Positions 54,940 through 63,964 of a stretch of DNA of 63,964 nucleotides are shown here, piece after piece (position 1 is the stretch's first letter; every line of letters begins with the position of its first letter). Source of the DNA: Chloroflexota bacterium (GTDB lineage Bacteria; Chloroflexota; Dehalococcoidia; SHYB01); the NCBI GenBank assembly GCA_022572465.1, contig JACZVV010000002.1, positions 1 through 63,964 on the forward strand. The letters are read 5' to 3'. The notes beneath the pieces are model-generated. The model did no database searches and had not been told where the DNA came from. It saw nothing but the letters and a program-made list of their open reading frames with translations. A program made the translations under genes and the position numbers.

Positions 54940-56364
54940 ATGCCGTTCGATTCCAAGACCCTGGACCGCGTCTTCAATCCCAAGACCGTCGTCGTGGTCG
55001 GCGACAAGAAGGCCACGCAGTATTCCTGGCTCCGCAACATGAAGACGGTCCAGGGCCGGCTCTTCTCAGTCCAGGTCGACCAGAACGAGATTCCAGGGAT
55101 CGAGGAGCTGGGCGTCACCAACTACACGAGTCTGCTGGACGTCCCGGGGCCCGTGGACTACGTGCTGGTCGCCGTGCCCCGAAAGGTCGTCCCCATCGTG
55201 CTGTCGGACTGTGTCAAGGCCAAGGTCGGCGGCGTCGGCATCTTCACGTCGGGGTTCGCCGAGACCGACGACGAGGGGAAGGGGCTCCAGCAGCTCATCG
55301 CCAAGATGGCCACCGACGCTCAGATGCCGCTCATCGGCCCCAACTGCATGGGGCTGTTCAACCCCAAAGCCGGCGTGCGCCACAGCGTGGACCAGTACCA
55401 CGGCGAGAGCGGCCCCGTGGCCTTTATCGGCCAGAGCGGCACCCATACGATCTTCTTCAGCACCACGCTGGAAGCCGTCCACGGCATCAAGCTGGCCAAG
55501 TCGGTCAGCTTCGGCAACGCCGCCGTGATGGACGTCTCGGACTTCATCGAGTACTTCGCCCAGGACCCCGAGGTGAAGGTCATCGGCGCCTACATCGAAG
55601 GGACGAAGAACGGGCGGCGGCTGTTCGAGACGCTGCGTAAGGTCGCGGCGCGGAAGCCGGTGCTGATCTGGAAGGGCGGCCAGACCGACGCCGGGGCGCG
55701 GGCGGCCAACTCCCACACCGGGTCGATGGCGTCGTCCCAGGCGGTGTGGGACGCCCTCATGCGCCAGACGGGCGCCATACGCGTCGACAGCCTCGACGAG
55801 ATCGTGGACACCACGGCGGCCATCCTCAAGCTGGGTGAGCTCCGAGGCCCGCGAGGCGCCCTGGTGTGCATGACCGGCGGCGAGTCCGTGGTGATCACCG
55901 ACACCTTCTCCAAACAGGGGCTGCAAGTACCGCTCCTCTCGGACAAGAGCTACGGCGAGCTCTCGTCGTTCTTCAACGTCATCGGCGGCAGCTACAAGAA
56001 CCCGCTGGACGTCAGTTGGAACTTTCAGTCCACCGACATGGCGAACCGGCTGCTGGGCATCCTCGACGAGGACGCCAACACCGATTTCCTGGGCCTGGAG
56101 ATCTTCGTGGGCTCCATGGGGCGGCGCCGCGAGCGGGACAAGGACAGCCAGGGCCGCAGCTTCTTCGACGCCGTCGCCGATTTCGCCAAAGGCTCCAGAA
56201 AGCCGTTTTTCGCTATGGTGACGGCCACGTCGGCGGAGAAAGAGGCGGTGGAGATCCGGCAGGTCCTCCGGGAGAAGGGCGTGCTCGCCTTCCCGTCGTT
56301 CCAGCGGGGAGCGATCGCCTATCGCAAAGCGCTGGACTACTGGACCGACAGGCCCGCCGGGTAG
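54940..56364 (+). CDS. ADP-forming acyl-CoA synthetase, alpha (CoA-binding + ligase-CoA) subunit
   Basis: VVVVGDKKA CoA-binding start, GPNCMGLFN, phosphohistidine loop ANSHTGSMAS; 474 aa. Confidence 0.75.
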   Translation: MPFDSKTLDRVFNPKTVVVVGDKKATQYSWLRNMKTVQGRLFSVQVDQNEIPGIEELGVTNYTSLLDVPGPVDYVLVAVPRKVVPIVLSDCVKAKVGGVGIFTSGFAETDDEGKGLQQLIAKMATDAQMPLIGPNCMGLFNPKAGVRHSVDQYHGESGPVAFIGQSGTHTIFFSTTLEAVHGIKLAKSVSFGNAAVMDVSDFIEYFAQDPEVKVIGAYIEGTKNGRRLFETLRKVAARKPVLIWKGGQTDAGARAANSHTGSMASSQAVWDALMRQTGAIRVDSLDEIVDTTAAILKLGELRGPRGALVCMTGGESVVITDTFSKQGLQVPLLSDKSYGELSSFFNVIGGSYKNPLDVSWNFQSTDMANRLLGILDEDANTDFLGLEIFVGSMGRRRERDKDSQGRSFFDAVADFAKGSRKPFFAMVTATSAEKEAVEIRQVLREKGVLAFPSFQRGAIAYRKALDYWTDRPAG

Positions 56365-56392
56365 CGGACGACTCCGCACTTGCCCCGCCCGG

Positions 56393-57157
56393 CTACCTGC
56401 CCTTGAACACCGCCGGACGTTTCTCGACGAACGCCCGCTTGGCCTCGGCGGCGTCCTCGGTCAGCTGCAGCACCGCGGTGCGCGTCTGCTCGAAGCGGTA
56501 GCCGTTCTTCAGGTCCATCCACTCGACCGTGTTGAGGCCTTCTTTGGCCAATCGAATCCCGATGGGCATCTTGGCCGCGATGATGGCGGCGTCGCTCATC
56601 GCTTCGTCCATCAGGCGGTCGGGCGGCACGACCTTGTGCACCGCGCCGAGGCGGTAGGCCTCCTGGGCGCTGAGCCGCTCGGCGGTGTAGTGCATCCGGC
56701 GCACGACGCCCTGGGGGAACAGGCGGAAGGAGTGGCGGGCGCCGCCCAAGAGGCCGACGTCGATCTCCGGCAGGCCGAAGGTCGCCTTTTCGGAGGCGAT
56801 GAGATAATCGCACGAGGCCGCGAGGCCGATGCCGGCCCCGAGGGTCGGGCCGTTGATGGCGCCGATGACCGGGATGGGGCACTCGTAGATGGCGTTGAAG
56901 CCCTCCCTGGCGGTGCGCCCATGGTCCTTCCTCGGCGCGGGAGCGCCTGGGATCCGGCTCCGCACGTCGACGCCGGCGCAGAACGCTCGCTCGCCGGTGG
57001 CGGTGAGGACGACCACCCGGGCGTCGTCCCGGTCGTGCAGCTCGTCGAAGATCTCGATGATATGCCCGTAGGCGTCGACGGCCATGGCGTTGACCGGCGG
57101 GTAGTCGATGGTGACCACCGCGATGTAGTCCTTGACGTCCAGACGGATTGGCGACAT
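56393..57157 (-). CDS. Enoyl-CoA hydratase/isomerase (crotonase) family
   Basis: Inner ATG 57157 (MSPIRLDVKDYIAVVTID; 254 aa counted) with a GGAGGAGG RBS. FCAGVDV and AINGPTLGAGIGLAASCD blocks. Confidence 0.85.
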   Translation of the reverse strand: MSPIRLDVKDYIAVVTIDYPPVNAMAVDAYGHIIEIFDELHDRDDARVVVLTATGERAFCAGVDVRSRIPGAPAPRKDHGRTAREGFNAIYECPIPVIGAINGPTLGAGIGLAASCDYLIASEKATFGLPEIDVGLLGGARHSFRLFPQGVVRRMHYTAERLSAQEAYRLGAVHKVVPPDRLMDEAMSDAAIIAAKMPIGIRLAKEGLNTVEWMDLKNGYRFEQTRTAVLQLTEDAAEAKRAFVEKRPAVFKGR

Positions 57158-57217
57158 TCGAAGGCCTCCTCCGCGCTCGTAGAATGGCCCCAAGCGGGGC
57201 CGGCGCGGTCGAAGGTG

Positions 57218-57246
57218 ATTATAGAGAGCCGAGAGGCCGGCGACAA
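57218..57246 (-). promoter_or_regulatory. Sigma-70-like promoter candidate (TTGTCG-17-TATAAT) for the crotonase gene
   Basis: Read on the minus strand in the 205-nt divergent spacer. Confidence 0.4.
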
Positions 57247-57297
57247 TCGAAAACGGCGACGCCGTTCCTGAAATGGGGCCGGAGCCCTCCCGATGTT

Positions 57298-57306
57298 TGG
57301 TACAAT
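57298..57306 (+). promoter_or_regulatory. Extended -10 candidate (TGGTACAAT) for the NusG/RfaH-like gene
   Basis: TG-N-TACAAT about 57 nt upstream of ATG 57363. Confidence 0.35.
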
Positions 57307-57362
57307 GAAACAGTCGTCCTCTGGAATCTGGCGGGCTCGGTCCAGGTGAGGAAGCACACTCC

Positions 57363-57884
57363 ATGGAATTGCGTTGGTATGCGGCGAAGGTCCATCGGGG
57401 CCTCGAATCGGCCCTGCGGGAGCAGCTGGTCCCCCTGGGGATCGAGCTCTACCACCCCGAGATCATCGTCAACAAGCAAGGCCGGCGCAGGCTCGAGCCC
57501 CTTTTCCCTTCATACCTTTTTTGCAAAGCCGACCCCGAAGACACGACCTGGCTCCAGGTGCGGCGGGCCAGAGGCCTCAAGTACTTCCTCGGTCCCGAGC
57601 ACCGTCCGACGCCGGTCGAGGACCGGATCGTGGAGACGGTGCGCGAACGAGTGGCCGATTGGAACGCCGGCGGCTGGCGAGAGGTCTTCAAACCAGGCGA
57701 CCCGGTGCTGGTGAACGCGGGGCCATTCAAAGGCCTGGAGGCGATCTTCGTTCGGTATCTACCCGCCAAGGAGCGGTGCAAGATCTTGCTCGCCACGCTG
57801 GCGCGTCAGCACGAGGTCGAGCTGGACACGGCCGTGACGTCGAGTCCGTCGGGGCCGAAACCGCTCTCGCCGGGCAAACCGTAG
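57363..57884 (+). CDS. NusG paralog, RfaH-like specialised transcription antiterminator (NGN + KOW)
   Basis: MELRWYAAKVHRG...EPLFPSYLFCKADPED aligns with RfaH (SWYLLYCKRGQ...EPLFPNYLFVEFDPE). KOW element GDPVLVNAGPFKGLEAIFV. Confidence 0.75.
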   Translation: MELRWYAAKVHRGLESALREQLVPLGIELYHPEIIVNKQGRRRLEPLFPSYLFCKADPEDTTWLQVRRARGLKYFLGPEHRPTPVEDRIVETVRERVADWNAGGWREVFKPGDPVLVNAGPFKGLEAIFVRYLPAKERCKILLATLARQHEVELDTAVTSSPSGPKPLSPGKP

Positions 57885-57918
57885 TTTCGGCGGGCGTCGC
57901 CGATGCCGCCGGCGGCGA

Positions 57919-58752
57919 TCACCTGCCAGTGTCGTGCAGGAACGAGCGCACGGCGGCGGCGAAGGCCGGCGGGTTGTCGCCGGCGACGGTGTGTCCGGCC
58001 TTCTCGATGACCACCAGCGAGCTCCCTGGGATGGCCTTCTGCAAGCGCTTGGCCGCGGCCGGCGAGAGGATATCGCTCAGCGCTCCCCGCACCAGCAGCG
58101 TCGGCGCTTTGATGCGGCGCACGTAGCCCCAAAGATCCTCCTGGCCGGCCTCGGCGCTGCGCCGGTTTCGGAACCGCCGGTCGTACTTCCAGGTCCATTG
58201 GCCGTCGGGGAGCTGGCGCAGGTGCCACGAGAGACGGTCACGCAGCTGCTCGATGGGCCGCAGCGGGTTGAACTGGTGCGCCCGCTCGACGAAGGCTTCC
58301 CTGGTCGGGAGAATGTCCGTGCGGCGTACGAACCGCTGGATGTTCTCGATCCCTTTCTTCATGATCTCCGGCCCGACGTCGACGATGACCAGCCGGTCGA
58401 TCCTCTCGGGGTGGATTCCGGCGTAGGCGATGGAGTTGCGGCCGCCCATGGAGAGGCCGACTAAAATTATTTTTTTCAGGTCCAGCGCCCGCACGAACCC
58501 ACCGATGTCGCGCAGGTGGGCCTTGAGGGTGTAGATCCCGTACTTGGACCAGCTGCTGTCGCCGTGGCCTCGTTGGTCCAGGGCGATCACGTGATAGTCG
58601 TGGCGCATCGCCCGGGAAAACTCATCCCAGCTATGGGCCGACTGGGAGCCGCCGTGAAGGAGCAGGACCGTCTGCTTGCCCTCGGTCCCCCAGTCCAGGT
58701 AGTGCAGCCGCATCTTGCCCACGACGATCTCTTTGTCCTGGAACTCAGCCAT
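57919..58752 (-). CDS. Alpha/beta hydrolase (canonical Ser nucleophile)
   Basis: VLLLHGGSQSAHSW and GLSMGG (GxSxG), C-terminal GHTVAGDNP; 277 aa. Confidence 0.8.
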   Translation of the reverse strand: MAEFQDKEIVVGKMRLHYLDWGTEGKQTVLLLHGGSQSAHSWDEFSRAMRHDYHVIALDQRGHGDSSWSKYGIYTLKAHLRDIGGFVRALDLKKIILVGLSMGGRNSIAYAGIHPERIDRLVIVDVGPEIMKKGIENIQRFVRRTDILPTREAFVERAHQFNPLRPIEQLRDRLSWHLRQLPDGQWTWKYDRRFRNRRSAEAGQEDLWGYVRRIKAPTLLVRGALSDILSPAAAKRLQKAIPGSSLVVIEKAGHTVAGDNPPAFAAAVRSFLHDTGR

Positions 58753-58875
58753 GGTCGGCGGACCTCCTTTCGGACGGGTACGATTAGCCGCCCGGCAAGC
58801 GTCGAGGGCCGGTCAGGGGGAACGCGGGCATCATACCGGCGATGGCGCCCAAATGCTACCCCAGCGCGACGGTGC

Positions 58876-59442
58876 TCACGGCGGAGGTTCGAGGACGGGG
58901 AGCCTCCACCATGCGCCGCCACGCCCGAGCTCGTCGCGCCCGAAGGCCATCAGCGGCGCCGCATCGCCCTGTTCGACCTGGAGAATGAGCCAACCCTCGT
59001 GGGACGCTCCTGGGTAGAGGTTCGCCACGATCCGAGGTTCGGGCTCGATCGCGAAGACGGGCTCGAGGTAGTCCTTGCCGTCGGAAGAGACGGCGGTGAA
59101 GTCGAAGGACGAGAGAAAGAATTGCGTGTCTTCGTCTGGCCCCCGAAGGTACTCGAAGGCAACCAGAGCCAGGACGTAGTCGAAGCCCTGAGCCGGACCG
59201 CCGTTGCTGCCGGAGGCTTCCAGGACACTCACCAGAGCCGGCAGGCCGCGAAGCGCCCGGTGCAACGTGAGCCGCACGCCGAACTCGCCATCGGCGGTCG
59301 TGATGGTGGTGGAGACCGGCTCGCCGATGCCGGCGGGGTTCTGGCGGGACGACTCCTCGCTCGACGAGCCTCCGCAAGCGGCGACCACCAGGGCGACGAC
59401 GACTCCCACGGTGGCGAAGCGCGTGGCGAGCGCTGCGGTCAA
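58876..59442 (-). CDS. Small lipoprotein (DUF4352-like beta-sandwich, tentative)
   Basis: Last 188 codons of ORF 58876..60294. TTG 59442 overlaps the DUF1015 stop (TTGA). Signal plus lipobox (M)TAALATRFATVGVVVALVVAAC-GG. Confidence 0.5.
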   Translation of the reverse strand: MTAALATRFATVGVVVALVVAACGGSSSEESSRQNPAGIGEPVSTTITTADGEFGVRLTLHRALRGLPALVSVLEASGSNGGPAQGFDYVLALVAFEYLRGPDEDTQFFLSSFDFTAVSSDGKDYLEPVFAIEPEPRIVANLYPGASHEGWLILQVEQGDAAPLMAFGRDELGRGGAWWRLPVLEPPP

Positions 59443-60770
59443 ACGACGCCATCCAGCGGGTTGATCACCAGGCCGGTCGCCAGCTTGGGGTGGAAGTAGG
59501 TGGACTTGGGCGGCAGCCGTTCGCCCCGGTCGGAAACGAACCGCAAGGTGTCCAAGGGCACGGATTTCGACATGAAGGCAAGCTGGCCCCGGCCCTCCGA
59601 GACTCGTTGGACCGCCTCCTCGGCATCCTGGGCGAAGATGAGCCAGCCCCGCTCTTCGGCCTCGGCCTCGTCGACGCCCAGGGCGGGCTTGAGGACCGCC
59701 TCCCGGAAGATAATGGACGCGAGGCCGGCCCAGGCCGTTGAATGGGTGTCGCCGGCGATGGCCTCCACCGTCTCGGGACTTCGCAGCCGCAGCGTGGAGC
59801 GCACGCCCGGCTCGAGGCCCCAGACCTGGAACAGGGCGCCGGTCTCGTCCAGGCTGTCCAGCGCGGCGTTGGCGATCTCTCGAGGCGGAGCGCCGGCCAT
59901 ATCGTGCCGTTCCTCGACGCAGACCGTCTCGATCCGTTGGCGAAGGCGGGTCATAGCTTCGGCTCCAAGCCCGGTCAGCACCCGATGGTAGGGGAGGTTG
60001 CGCAGCCCCGGGTCGTTGAACTCGACCAGCGTCGCCATGATGAAGCCGCAGGCCCGGTCGGGCTGCTGCTCTCCCTTGCCGGCCAGCACCTGGTCCCGAT
60101 AGGCCAGGGCCGTCTCGATGCGGTGGTGGCCGTCGGCGATGTAGAGCGGCTCCGGCGCCAGGGCCTCTCGCACGAGATTGATGACCATGGGGTTGATGAT
60201 CGGCCAGGTGGAGAACCGCTCGCCGGTGGCTGTGCGGGCCTCGATGGGTTGAAAGCCCTGGATGGCCTCCTCCAGCACGGGGCCGATCGACCACGGGTCT
60301 TCGTAGAGCAGCATGACCGGGCTGACGTTCGCCTGGGTGGCTACCATGAGCTTCAGACGGTCTTCCTTGGGTCCCGGGCGGGTGTACTCGTGGGGTTTGA
60401 TGCTTCCGTCGTCCAAAGGTTCCAGGCGCAACGCAACGGTAAGCTCCTGGCGAACGGCGGGACCGGTGCGGTCCGGGAACTCATGCCGCGTGAGATAGAT
60501 GGCCGCCGCCTGCTCTTGGGCCAGGACGCCCTCGCGGCGCCAGCGGCGATAGAGGTCGCCGGCCAGGGCGTAACGGTCTTTGGGACTGTCGTCCCCGGGA
60601 TCGCGGCTGAGCTCCAGTCGAACGACGTTGTGCTCGCTGAGGGCGTAGAGCCGGTCCTGCTCTTCGGGCGAGATGACGTCGAAGGGCTGCGAGATGACGT
60701 CGCCGAGGTCGCCCACGAGCGCCTGGCTATAACGGAGGCCACGGAATGCGCGAATCTCAGCCATGGTCAT
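59439..60770 (-). CDS. DUF1015-family protein
   Basis: N-terminus MAEIRAFRGLRYS and 443 aa length are characteristic of DUF1015. Confidence 0.7.
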   Translation of the reverse strand: MTMAEIRAFRGLRYSQALVGDLGDVISQPFDVISPEEQDRLYALSEHNVVRLELSRDPGDDSPKDRYALAGDLYRRWRREGVLAQEQAAAIYLTRHEFPDRTGPAVRQELTVALRLEPLDDGSIKPHEYTRPGPKEDRLKLMVATQANVSPVMLLYEDPWSIGPVLEEAIQGFQPIEARTATGERFSTWPIINPMVINLVREALAPEPLYIADGHHRIETALAYRDQVLAGKGEQQPDRACGFIMATLVEFNDPGLRNLPYHRVLTGLGAEAMTRLRQRIETVCVEERHDMAGAPPREIANAALDSLDETGALFQVWGLEPGVRSTLRLRSPETVEAIAGDTHSTAWAGLASIIFREAVLKPALGVDEAEAEERGWLIFAQDAEEAVQRVSEGRGQLAFMSKSVPLDTLRFVSDRGERLPPKSTYFHPKLATGLVINPLDGVV

Positions 60771-60883
60771 AGGTGCCGGACAGCCCGAGCCCAGAGAGTA
60801 TACCTACGGAGGGGCTTTGCGGTCTATCCGAACCCCTGGCGCGGTGATAGAATTCGCCCTGGCCCGAGGGTCGAGCCTTTTCG

Positions 60884-61804
60884 ATGGAATTCGCCTTTGC
60901 CTATCCCTACCAGCGTATCACCCGCTACCGGTCTTATCGCCAGCAGGAGACTTTCGAATACCTGATCCGCCGGGCCGACGCCTGGGGGTTCGACGCCATC
61001 ACGTCCGGCGACCACCTGTTCATGCCGGACTACTGGAAGCGGGTGGCGACGGAGGTCTGGTTCGATCCGTTCACGTTCCTGGCCTACGCGGCGGGCATCT
61101 CCAACCTGAAGGTGATCACCGACATCGTCGTGGTGCCTTACCGGACGCCGTTCCACACGGCCAAGGCGGTGGCCACGTTGGACTTCATGACCGGCGGGCG
61201 TGTCATCTTCGGCGCCGGCGTCGGCTATCTGGAGGGCGAGTTCGACACGCTGAAGGTGCCGTTTCGGGATCGCGGCACGATGACCGACGAGTATCTGGAG
61301 ATCATGAAGGTCCTGTGGACCGAGGACCGCCCCCGGTATGAGGGGAAGCACTTTCGGGTCGCCAACATCACGTTCTGGCCCAAACCGGTCCAGAAGCCGC
61401 ACCCGCCCATCTGGATCGGCGGACGCACCGGGCCGTCGGTGCGCCGGGCGGTCAAGTACGGCGACGGCTGGATTCCGTTCAACCTGGACCTGGCGGGGCT
61501 AGGGCGGGCGCTGGCGCTCTTCGAACGGCTCTGGGACGAGTCGGACGGGCGGCCGAAGGGATTCCAGATCGTGATGCGGGCGGAGCGAGTCAACGTGACG
61601 AGCCAGCCGATCAAGAGCGCCGATCGTCAGCCGTTCTGGGGCTCGCCGGAGCAGATCGGCGAGGACATCGAGCGCTACATCGACGCCGGCGCCACCTATC
61701 TGATCGTCAGCTTCCAGGGCTTCGAGCTGGAGGAGCACATGGAGAACATGGAGCGCTTCGCCCTGGAGGTGATGCCCCGGTTCCGGGGGACTGAGGCGAG
61801 GTAG
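60884..61804 (+). CDS. Luciferase-like monooxygenase (LLM) family F420-dependent oxidoreductase
   Basis: GFDAITSGDHLF, GRVIFGAGVGY, KPHPPIWIGG blocks; 306 aa. Confidence 0.8.
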   Translation: MEFAFAYPYQRITRYRSYRQQETFEYLIRRADAWGFDAITSGDHLFMPDYWKRVATEVWFDPFTFLAYAAGISNLKVITDIVVVPYRTPFHTAKAVATLDFMTGGRVIFGAGVGYLEGEFDTLKVPFRDRGTMTDEYLEIMKVLWTEDRPRYEGKHFRVANITFWPKPVQKPHPPIWIGGRTGPSVRRAVKYGDGWIPFNLDLAGLGRALALFERLWDESDGRPKGFQIVMRAERVNVTSQPIKSADRQPFWGSPEQIGEDIERYIDAGATYLIVSFQGFELEEHMENMERFALEVMPRFRGTEAR

Positions 61805-61854
61805 CATCTACCCTCTCCTGGCCGTTTCGCTCCCATCGCGCCAGGTTTGGCGCC

Positions 61855-62646
<792 letters not shown>

Positions 62647-63021
62647 TCTACTTTCCTCCCTCGCGCCCCGGCCTCCGACTACGTCCCGGCCAGTCGGGAT
62701 TCATCGGACAGGCGGGGCGGGCTTGGCGCATTATAGAGCGGCGCAGCGCGTTGCACCACGGCGGCGCCGTCCCGGAACCGTGTTTCAGTCGGATTCAGCG
62801 GTTCAGGGAGGTATCGAGACCGTCTTACTGGTGACAGGCACACAGCTGGCAGCTTCCCACGGACGCATCTTCGTAGTGCCTTGGCGACGTCCCTCATGGC
62901 GACATCTACGGCTTGATCCTCTTCTGCCCCGGTCCTAAGGCGGTCGCCGTCATGGCCGCAACATTACGTAACCAAGCGGGAAGGACAAGAGACGTCACTC
63001 TCGGTGCCTCATGACAGCGGG

Positions 63022-63957
63022 CTATGGGCTTTCTTCCACGACCACAACGGCGGTTTTCGTCGGATTCATGTGGTCGTGGTAGCCCCACACGCCCGCCGTG
63101 TAAAAGGTGAAGGACCAGGCGCCCTGTGGGGCGATGGGCCTCCCGGCATCGAACCCCGAGTACAGCTCGTGGGTCGGGTGGACGTTGGATGCCGGCCAGA
63201 TGAAGTCGCTGCCCGCGTTGACCCACCGGACCGTTTCGCCCGTTGCGATGGTCACACGTTCCGGAACGAAGCCGCCACCGGCCACCCGGACCTCGACGCT
63301 GGCGGCCTGCTCTTCACGGACCTCCGGCTCGAGGATGGGCTCAGCATCGGGCGCTAGCAGCTTCTCAAAGAACACCCTCCGCACGATCACCGGCCGTCCA
63401 TCAACCACCTCTATCCCGGCTCCGGCTACACACGTCTCTCGATAGTTCGCTACAACCTCCTGGCACAGGCTGAACCGATCATCCGGCTTCACAACCTGGA
63501 CCTCTATGGCTCTGCCTATATGCAGGTAACAATTCTCCCGGTAAGGTGCGTCCGCTGCGCCACAGAGTCGCAACGCCCTGTCCAGATTGGTCCCATCGAA
63601 GTTGAGGATATTGTCCACGCCCCCCGACACACAGTCGCCCTGGTAGGCCACGGGGAACCGGCGACACAGCTGCAGGGTCACCTCGAAGCTTCGAGAGGCG
63701 CTCTCGGGTCCGGCCAGTGTCTTCTGCCAGGCGGGGTTACTGACCATCAGGCCCAAGCTCTGGATACACGCCGATATATCGCGAGGCAACGCCTCCAGGC
63801 ACGCATGAGAGGCGAGACCGACGTCGAAGTCGAAGAAGGTGATCAGACGCCCCGCATGGTTGATGTAGCACTCCCATCGGTACCTCTCCGCCACCCGGTT
63901 ACAAGGAGCCAGAGGGTCGGTCTCCGAGAAGACGCCCGCTCGGGCCTCGCCTCTCAT
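63022..63957 (-). CDS. Cys-rich protein with a C-terminal cupredoxin-like domain (probably 5'-truncated by the window end)
   Basis: The reading frame stays open to the window edge and no signal peptide follows the ATG at 63957. The N-terminal part has about 11 Cys. The C-terminus VTIATGETVRWVNAGSDFIWPASNVHPTH...GVWGYHDHMNP looks like a cupredoxin beta-sandwich with His-rich metal ligands. Confidence 0.5.
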   Translation of the reverse strand: MRGEARAGVFSETDPLAPCNRVAERYRWECYINHAGRLITFFDFDVGLASHACLEALPRDISACIQSLGLMVSNPAWQKTLAGPESASRSFEVTLQLCRRFPVAYQGDCVSGGVDNILNFDGTNLDRALRLCGAADAPYRENCYLHIGRAIEVQVVKPDDRFSLCQEVVANYRETCVAGAGIEVVDGRPVIVRRVFFEKLLAPDAEPILEPEVREEQAASVEVRVAGGGFVPERVTIATGETVRWVNAGSDFIWPASNVHPTHELYSGFDAGRPIAPQGAWSFTFYTAGVWGYHDHMNPTKTAVVVVEESP

Positions 63958-63964
63958 GACGGCG

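Overview
High-GC (~65%) bacterial chromosomal segment with about 57 protein-coding genes. I saw no rRNA, tRNA, CRISPR array or IS element. Contents in order: (i) The left edge has a lower-GC patch carrying a DUF488 fragment and a fusion of an unknown domain to a Mug glycosylase, followed by thpR, an LLM oxidoreductase, a xerC/D-type recombinase, rpiB and uvrC. (ii) A catabolic block holds a ferredoxin, a hotdog thioesterase, four tandem family-III CoA-transferases and an atypical alpha/beta hydrolase. (iii) A pyrimidine operon, pyrR-pyrB-pyrC-carA-[UDG]-carB, sits behind a PyrR-type attenuator. (iv) Next come an SDR, a phosphotriesterase-like gene, two orphan ABC permeases, eno, an alcohol dehydrogenase and a MarR+MFS pair. 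(v) A lipoprotein metalloprotease lies back-to-back with an LprG-like lipoprotein + MFS pair. (vi) The stand-out is a ~9.7-kb run of six prepilin-type genes (38.8-48.4 kb, minus strand). Two of these pilins are fused through Pro/Thr linkers to Kelch-like six-bladed beta-propellers: five propellers and about 30 blades in total, four of them on one ~1390-aa pseudopilin. No pilus assembly genes are in the window. (vii) The right side has amidohydrolase-2 paralogs, a VWA protein, a split ADP-forming acyl-CoA synthetase, crotonases, an RfaH/NusG-like paralog, DUF1015, another LLM oxidoreductase and a Cys-rich cupredoxin-like protein. Taxonomic guess (inference only): a Chloroflexota-like aerobic heterotroph. 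All functional calls come from motif recognition by eye on the supplied translations. CDS starts were placed by in-frame arithmetic on the ORF track. Non-coding coordinates were read by hand and may be off by 1-2 nt. Most long ORFs antisense to the called genes are GC-driven shadow ORFs and were rejected.
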